A DNA stretch of 63,079 nt, the filler included, from Lenisia limosa (lineage: Eukaryota; Protista; Breviatea), in NCBI GenBank assembly GCA_001655205.1. It is 14 parts of 14 records of this genome, joined end to end, with 100 filler letters (N's around TTAATTAATTAA, not from the genome) between each part and the next. Parts side by side here need not be neighbours in the genome. Positions count along the whole stretch, not along the records: positions 52,250 to 58,616 come from LPNZ01005612.1; positions 58,717 to 61,823 come from LPNZ01001862.1; positions 61,924 to 63,079 come from LPNZ01000869.1; 11 more parts are not named here. The stretch is one strand, 5' to 3'. Shown here piece by piece: positions 58,382-63,079 of this stretch (position 1 is its first letter; every line of letters begins with the position of its first letter). A program made the translations under genes and the position numbers. The notes under the pieces are model-generated. The model was given only the letters and a program-made list of their open reading frames with translations. It had not been told where the DNA came from and searched no databases.

Positions 58382-58472
58382 AAGACCCCTCTCATAAAAC
58401 CCACATAGTCCTGTCGTGGAGAAAGCCAGCTTTCGCCTTGGATAGCCTCGCCGTTACAATACGCTATCACGC
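58380..58472 (-). CDS. Isolated exon of an unknown gene
   Basis: cccccatag|GVIAYCNGEAIQGESWLSPRQDY|gtggg, preceded by family D. Confidence 0.45.
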
Positions 58473-58729
58473 CTATGGGGGAAGGGGGTGAGCGGAGTAA
58501 AATTGGAAAATAGATGAAACAAAAAAAAATCCCAGTATCAACTCTGTAGGTTAGAAACACGAGGGTTGAAAACAGCACAACAAAGCCCAGGACAGTCGGT
58601 AAGATAAAATGGTCATNNNNNNNNNNNNNNNNNNNNNNNNNNNNNNNNNNNNNNNNNNNNTTAATTAATTAANNNNNNNNNNNNNNNNNNNNNNNNNNNN
58701 NNNNNNNNNNNNNNNNTGTAACACCCCCC

Positions 58730-59720
58730 CCCCACTTGCTCTGGCCCTCAACAATAATGTAAGGCGTGGTGCTGCTACCAAGTTTGGCTGCTGCTGCCCA
58801 GAGTCCGGCAAGAGAAGGGGCTGCCACTTCATTGATGCTTCCTTGTGCTGTGGGTCGGAGTAAAATTGGATAATTTATGATACAAACAAAAAGCCCAAAA
58901 TCAACTCTGTTGGCTAACAACACACGAGAGAAAAACAAAACCTTGCGAGTTAGGGATGATGTGAACGGTTGGTTTCACTTCAGTTCGAAAAAGACCGGAA
59001 AAATATCGATAGCTTTCGATAAAAATTGTCTTTTTCGAACCAAAGTGAAGCCTATAGACCGTTGGGTCTTTTCATCATTGATATGAAATGTAATAATAAA
59101 TATTACTACAGTAATACATCAAAAATAATAATGTAGTATAATATAGTAGCTATCTGTACATATCATAGTATATTGATTTATACATCATATAGTGTAGCAT
59201 AATTTATTAGAGTAGATATCATATATCGATATATTGTTGCTGCTTTGTTTTGGGGAGTGGGAGTGAAAAGTAGGGCAAATAAGCATTATAACCCCACTAT
59301 AAAAATAACACCCCCCCCCAAACCAGCATAGCAATTTCCCTCCGGATTGATGACGATAGTGCCATCATGACCTCCTTCTTGAAGGCTAAATAATTCATTA
59401 AAGAAATAAAAATAAAGATGTATCTGGCCGAAGCCGTCCATCATGCTTATAAGAGATACTGGATTATAGTATAATCTGTGCACACAGCTTTCTGCGTGTC
59501 CCCAGCATATCATATACTAGGTGTATAAAGGGAGGGAATGCTGTGATGCTATTGTATTTGGACTCCCCCAACATTAGTGTACAGTCAACCGCCGGAATCG
59601 ATCCTAGTTTCAATAGAGACATTACTGCAAAAAACCCAACGCCAACATACACAGTTTGTACCAGTCCACGAGTGTTCATGCTGCGAGAGGATTGACAACT
59701 GGCAGGCCGTCGTGTTTCTA
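58730..59720 (-). CDS. Fragment of an unknown multi-exon gene, divergent from LST8
   Basis: Exons VMSLLKLGSIPAVDCTL|, AFKKEVMMALSSSIRREIAML| (frame uncertain) and 58730-58847 AQGSINEVAAPSLAGLWAAAAKLGSSTTPYIIVEGQS|. Confidence 0.55.
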
Positions 59721-60405
59721 AGGATGTTATTTTAGCAACAAGTAAGATATGATAAAAACCCTTCGTGTTGCTCATAAAACTATCTGAGTATCTGCAGAGG
59801 ATATAAATCTAGCAATGAGAAATAAAAAATAAGGTTGTATCTGGCCAATTCCGTCCACACTATCACGCTTATTCATAAATAGTATGGCTTAAGACTGGGG
59901 AAGCTTCCAACCCTCAGAGGCCAAAAACTCACAAGACAACCTCAACAAAACACCTATTGCACAAAACAAACACTTTAAACTCAAACGTGTATAAGAAAGT
60001 GGTGTATTTAAAATATATAAATATATACTGGCTAAGAACACACAAGCCTCCTCTGCTCTCCCTTACCTTAATAACGCAAAAGACAAAGAGGTTATTTGAG
60101 TGTGAAGTGAGAGACAGTGTTTCTTCTCTTTTCACCCTTCTGACTGAATGGTAATAATGAAAGCTAAAATATAGTTTTGATGAAAATGAGAGAAAAGAGA
60201 AAGAGTCCAAAAAAGAGAAGGCAAAAGAACACATATATTTTCGACGATTTTCGACTGGATTTCGAAGATAAAAACAATTGTTCAGAATTGCAATTTACTG
60301 ATTAATAGATCAAAAAGAGAGAGATTGAGGATACGCACAGTATTAGAAAGACGCCTCTAAGAAAAACAAGAAAGTTGCAAGGATCTGCCAGTTTGGTTCC
60401 CCAAC

Positions 60406-61796
60406 ATGCCCTCTGGTGTTATTTTAGCCACGGCTGGCTACGAAAAGGGCATCAAGTTCTGGGAAGCCCCAACCGGCCACTGCTATAAGACTCTCCCCAT
60501 TGCAAAAGGCGTATGACGGATTCCTTAGTCTTGATCTGTTGACATTCTTTTTTCTCCGTTTCTTTAGAAATAGCTCGCCTGTTTGAACCTGGTAAATACC
60601 ATAATCAATACTAAAGGAAGCTTGTTAACTTGAATATGTGGAGTTTTGGAACAACTAAAAAAGTGGTCGATTGTTGCAACTCATACGTTTTTTAACAACG
60701 CCACCCATATGTGAATCAGCTTGAAGACTTTATTGATCTTATATCTGAATTACCGCATACAGCATGCCTCATACAGCAGAACTGAACCAATTAACACTTT
60801 TGACTTGGGTACTCCTGTGTCCAGTCAATCCTAGATAACAGACTCAATGTTGTCTTAACAACACATATCATATGATATTATATAATCAACAATGACTAAC
60901 CACCCATTCAGCATGTGAACCGACTGGCCATCTCGCCTGGCCGTAACTATCTTGCGGTAGCAAGCAACCCCACAATCAACCTCCATGATTTGCACTCATC
61001 ATCAAGCACTCAACCAGTAAGTAATACAATTTTTGATGAATACTCTATCTTCACATTAAACTTAATCTTCATCTTCATTGTTTCTTTTATTTCACCCAAA
61101 ATATTCATTTCTATTTCCCCGTCCTTCCCCTCCCAGAAGTTTCTTACACCCCACCCCTTCAGGTTTCCTCTTACGATGGCCACAAGAGCAATGTGACAGC
61201 GTGCGGCTTTCATAGGGAAGGAAGGTGGGGAGGATTGATAAAGGACTTAGCTAGGGCTTCACTTCAGTTCGAAAAAGACCGATATGTATCGCTGCATACG
61301 ATTGGGTCATAACACATATCAAAATCCGTGTTTTCCCGAAATTCCAACTTAAGGACCCAAATTCCGGGTTACTTGTTTGGTCCTACTCTACACATCTCAA
61401 GGTTTAGGTGGATGTTCAGCGGGGGTGACGACGGCAAAGTCAGAATATGGGACTTGAGGTTTGTTGGTTTTGAGAAATTTTGCTTGTTTTAGATAGATAT
61501 TTATGGAATTCGAATATTGTTTATCTATGGGACTTGAGGTTTGCTGGTTTTGAGAGATATTGCTTGTTTTAGATATGATATGCAATTTTGGGGTTTGCTG
61601 GGTTTGTTTTGGATATGATATTTGAGGTTTGTTTATCTTATTTTGTTGTTTTCAACCCTCGTGTAGAGTTGATTTTAGGTCTTTTATTTTGGTTTCATAC
61701 GTTTCCAATTTTACCCCCCCCCCCAGGGCTCCGGGGTGCCAGAGGGAGTATGCTAGTCAAGCCGCAGTCACGTCGGTGGTGCTTCATCCAAACCAG
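60406..61796 (+). CDS. LST8: TOR complex subunit LST8 (WD40), first five exons
   Basis: [30 protein letters not shown]|[27 protein letters not shown]|[21 protein letters not shown]|[17 protein letters not shown]|[23 protein letters not shown]| matches the LST8 signature segments. Confidence 0.94.
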
Positions 61797-62019
61797 GTCA
61801 GTCAATGCGCTATTATATTATAGNNNNNNNNNNNNNNNNNNNNNNNNNNNNNNNNNNNNNNNNNNNNTTAATTAATTAANNNNNNNNNNNNNNNNNNNNN
61901 NNNNNNNNNNNNNNNNNNNNNNNGATTGTATCTGTCCGGGGCCGTCCACACCATCACGCATCTCAGAAAAATCATTTGACACATCTCTGCATAAAGGTTA
62001 TGATATTATAGAAAACTCA

Positions 62020-62830
62020 CAGCGTTGACTTCCATGAGGCTGGAAATTGTAGCTGTTAAGTTACTCAGGCCTTCACTCAGTGTTACATTGCCGGCTTCAA
62101 TCTAACGGGTTATTACAAGGGAAAAGGAAGACGGGCTTAACGATAGGTGTTTGAAACAATTAATCATAAATGTACTATGGCATTCACATCTTCGTGCTTA
62201 TTGTTTTTTGCTGAAGCGTCATTGGACAAAATATTACTTATGTAATTCAGCCCCCCTCCCCCCCACCTCGNNNNNNNNNNNNNNNNNNNNNNNNNNNNNN
62301 NNNNNNNNNNAGCTTGTGTGAACATGTTGACCATGTGAGGGTCTTGGAAATCCCTAGGAAGTTACTCAGGGAAGTTTTGTTTCTGCTGAAGTTTGAAAAC
62401 ACAGAAAATTGAAACAAATGGAATATCACATGAATTACATGGGGCAAAGACCCACAAAGGAAGTTGAGGGTTTTCTCCAGGAAGTTGCGGTAAAGAATCC
62501 CCTTCTAAAAGGTAATTAATAGGACTTCCCAGTATCTTGAAAACGACGGCTGTATTAATCAAGCTTGTTTCTTGAGAAGTTACTGAGGATTTGTCTTGAG
62601 GGTTGATCGAGGATTTACAGGGGGTTTATTGGAGTTTTATTATCTTAGGTATTCATTAATGATTAATTTATGCGAATTACGCTGACAATTCGTTCACGAT
62701 ATCCAGGATTTAATGATCAATTTACTATTTCACGAGAAAGAAGTTCAGCGTATCCAGCTACAGAAATGGAAGAATGCCACCAACTCTGAAGCATATTCTC
62801 AATAAGCGAGTAGTAAGACTCCATAGTCTA
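62020..62830 (-). CDS. Short exons of an unknown gene
   Basis: cccgttag|IEAGNVTLSEGLSNLTATISSLMEVNA|gtgagt is a clean phase-0 exon; other candidates are weaker. Confidence 0.4.
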
Positions 62831-63079
62831 CAACGTTAGGGGAAGCGTTATATGCATATAATTATATACATATACTATACTATATACATTTTGTCAAAAT
62901 TCCTGATTTACGGTATAAAAATGCATTGAAAATGGTAAGTTAATTGGTCAATAATCTCACGGATCACAATAGTCAAGGGATCTTCAATGAATTTTTGAAC
63001 ATCTTCTCATGTTAAAGCCAATTTTCCGAAGATTGGTGGGCTCAATTCTCTTTTCCAGGCAAAATACAGTTTTTTTTAA

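Larger units (their letters stand above)
12604..61879. other. Artificial contig-joining linkers (TTAATTAATTAA flanked by N runs), 13 copies
   Basis: Identical 12-mer with stops in all six frames inside N runs at 12604, 14952, 16760, 19413, 22109, 26012, 29335, 39458, 42936, 50605, 52194, 58661 and 61868. Gene models break at these points. Confidence 0.97.

Noticed and set aside
12604-61879. Regularly recurring TTAATTAATTAA motif and apparent gene neighbourhoods across it
   Set aside because: Always embedded in N runs of similar total length and encodes stops in six frames, so it is an assembly linker. Adjacency across linkers (e.g. FSH1 with its neighbours) is not biological.

Overview
Intron-rich, AT-rich eukaryotic nuclear DNA, most likely from a unicellular eukaryote (taxon not established). 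The window is not one locus. Thirteen artificial N-TTAATTAATTAA-N linkers join 14 draft contigs, and many further N gaps follow poly-G/poly-C tracts. Genes recognised by reconstructing exons by eye: PSMD3/RPN3 (complete), LST8 (5' part), AP-4 beta adaptin (middle), DDX51/Dbp6-like DEAD-box helicase, FSH1/OVCA2-like serine hydrolase, a laminin-EGF/EGF/PSI attractin-like protein, an ankyrin-repeat protein with one repeat per 99-nt exon, a WD40 protein, a long coiled-coil protein, two divergent orphan secreted proteins, and several unassignable fragments. One contig carries a clan-CE (Ulp1/adenain-like) cysteine protease near a small GIY-YIG nuclease, next to a decayed ORF. Introns are filled with four short repeat families (A-D) and one deleted pogo-like transposon. 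The most unusual signals concern intron architecture. (1) A sense-oriented repeat (family D) ends at, and apparently supplies, the 3' splice acceptor of many unrelated genes, which is introner-like. (2) Short tandem duplications recur across 5' splice donors in six different genes. (3) Intron ends are strongly polarised, G-rich after donors and C-rich before acceptors. No rRNA, tRNA or CRISPR array was seen. All exon models and copy counts are manual and unverified by RNA data or database search.
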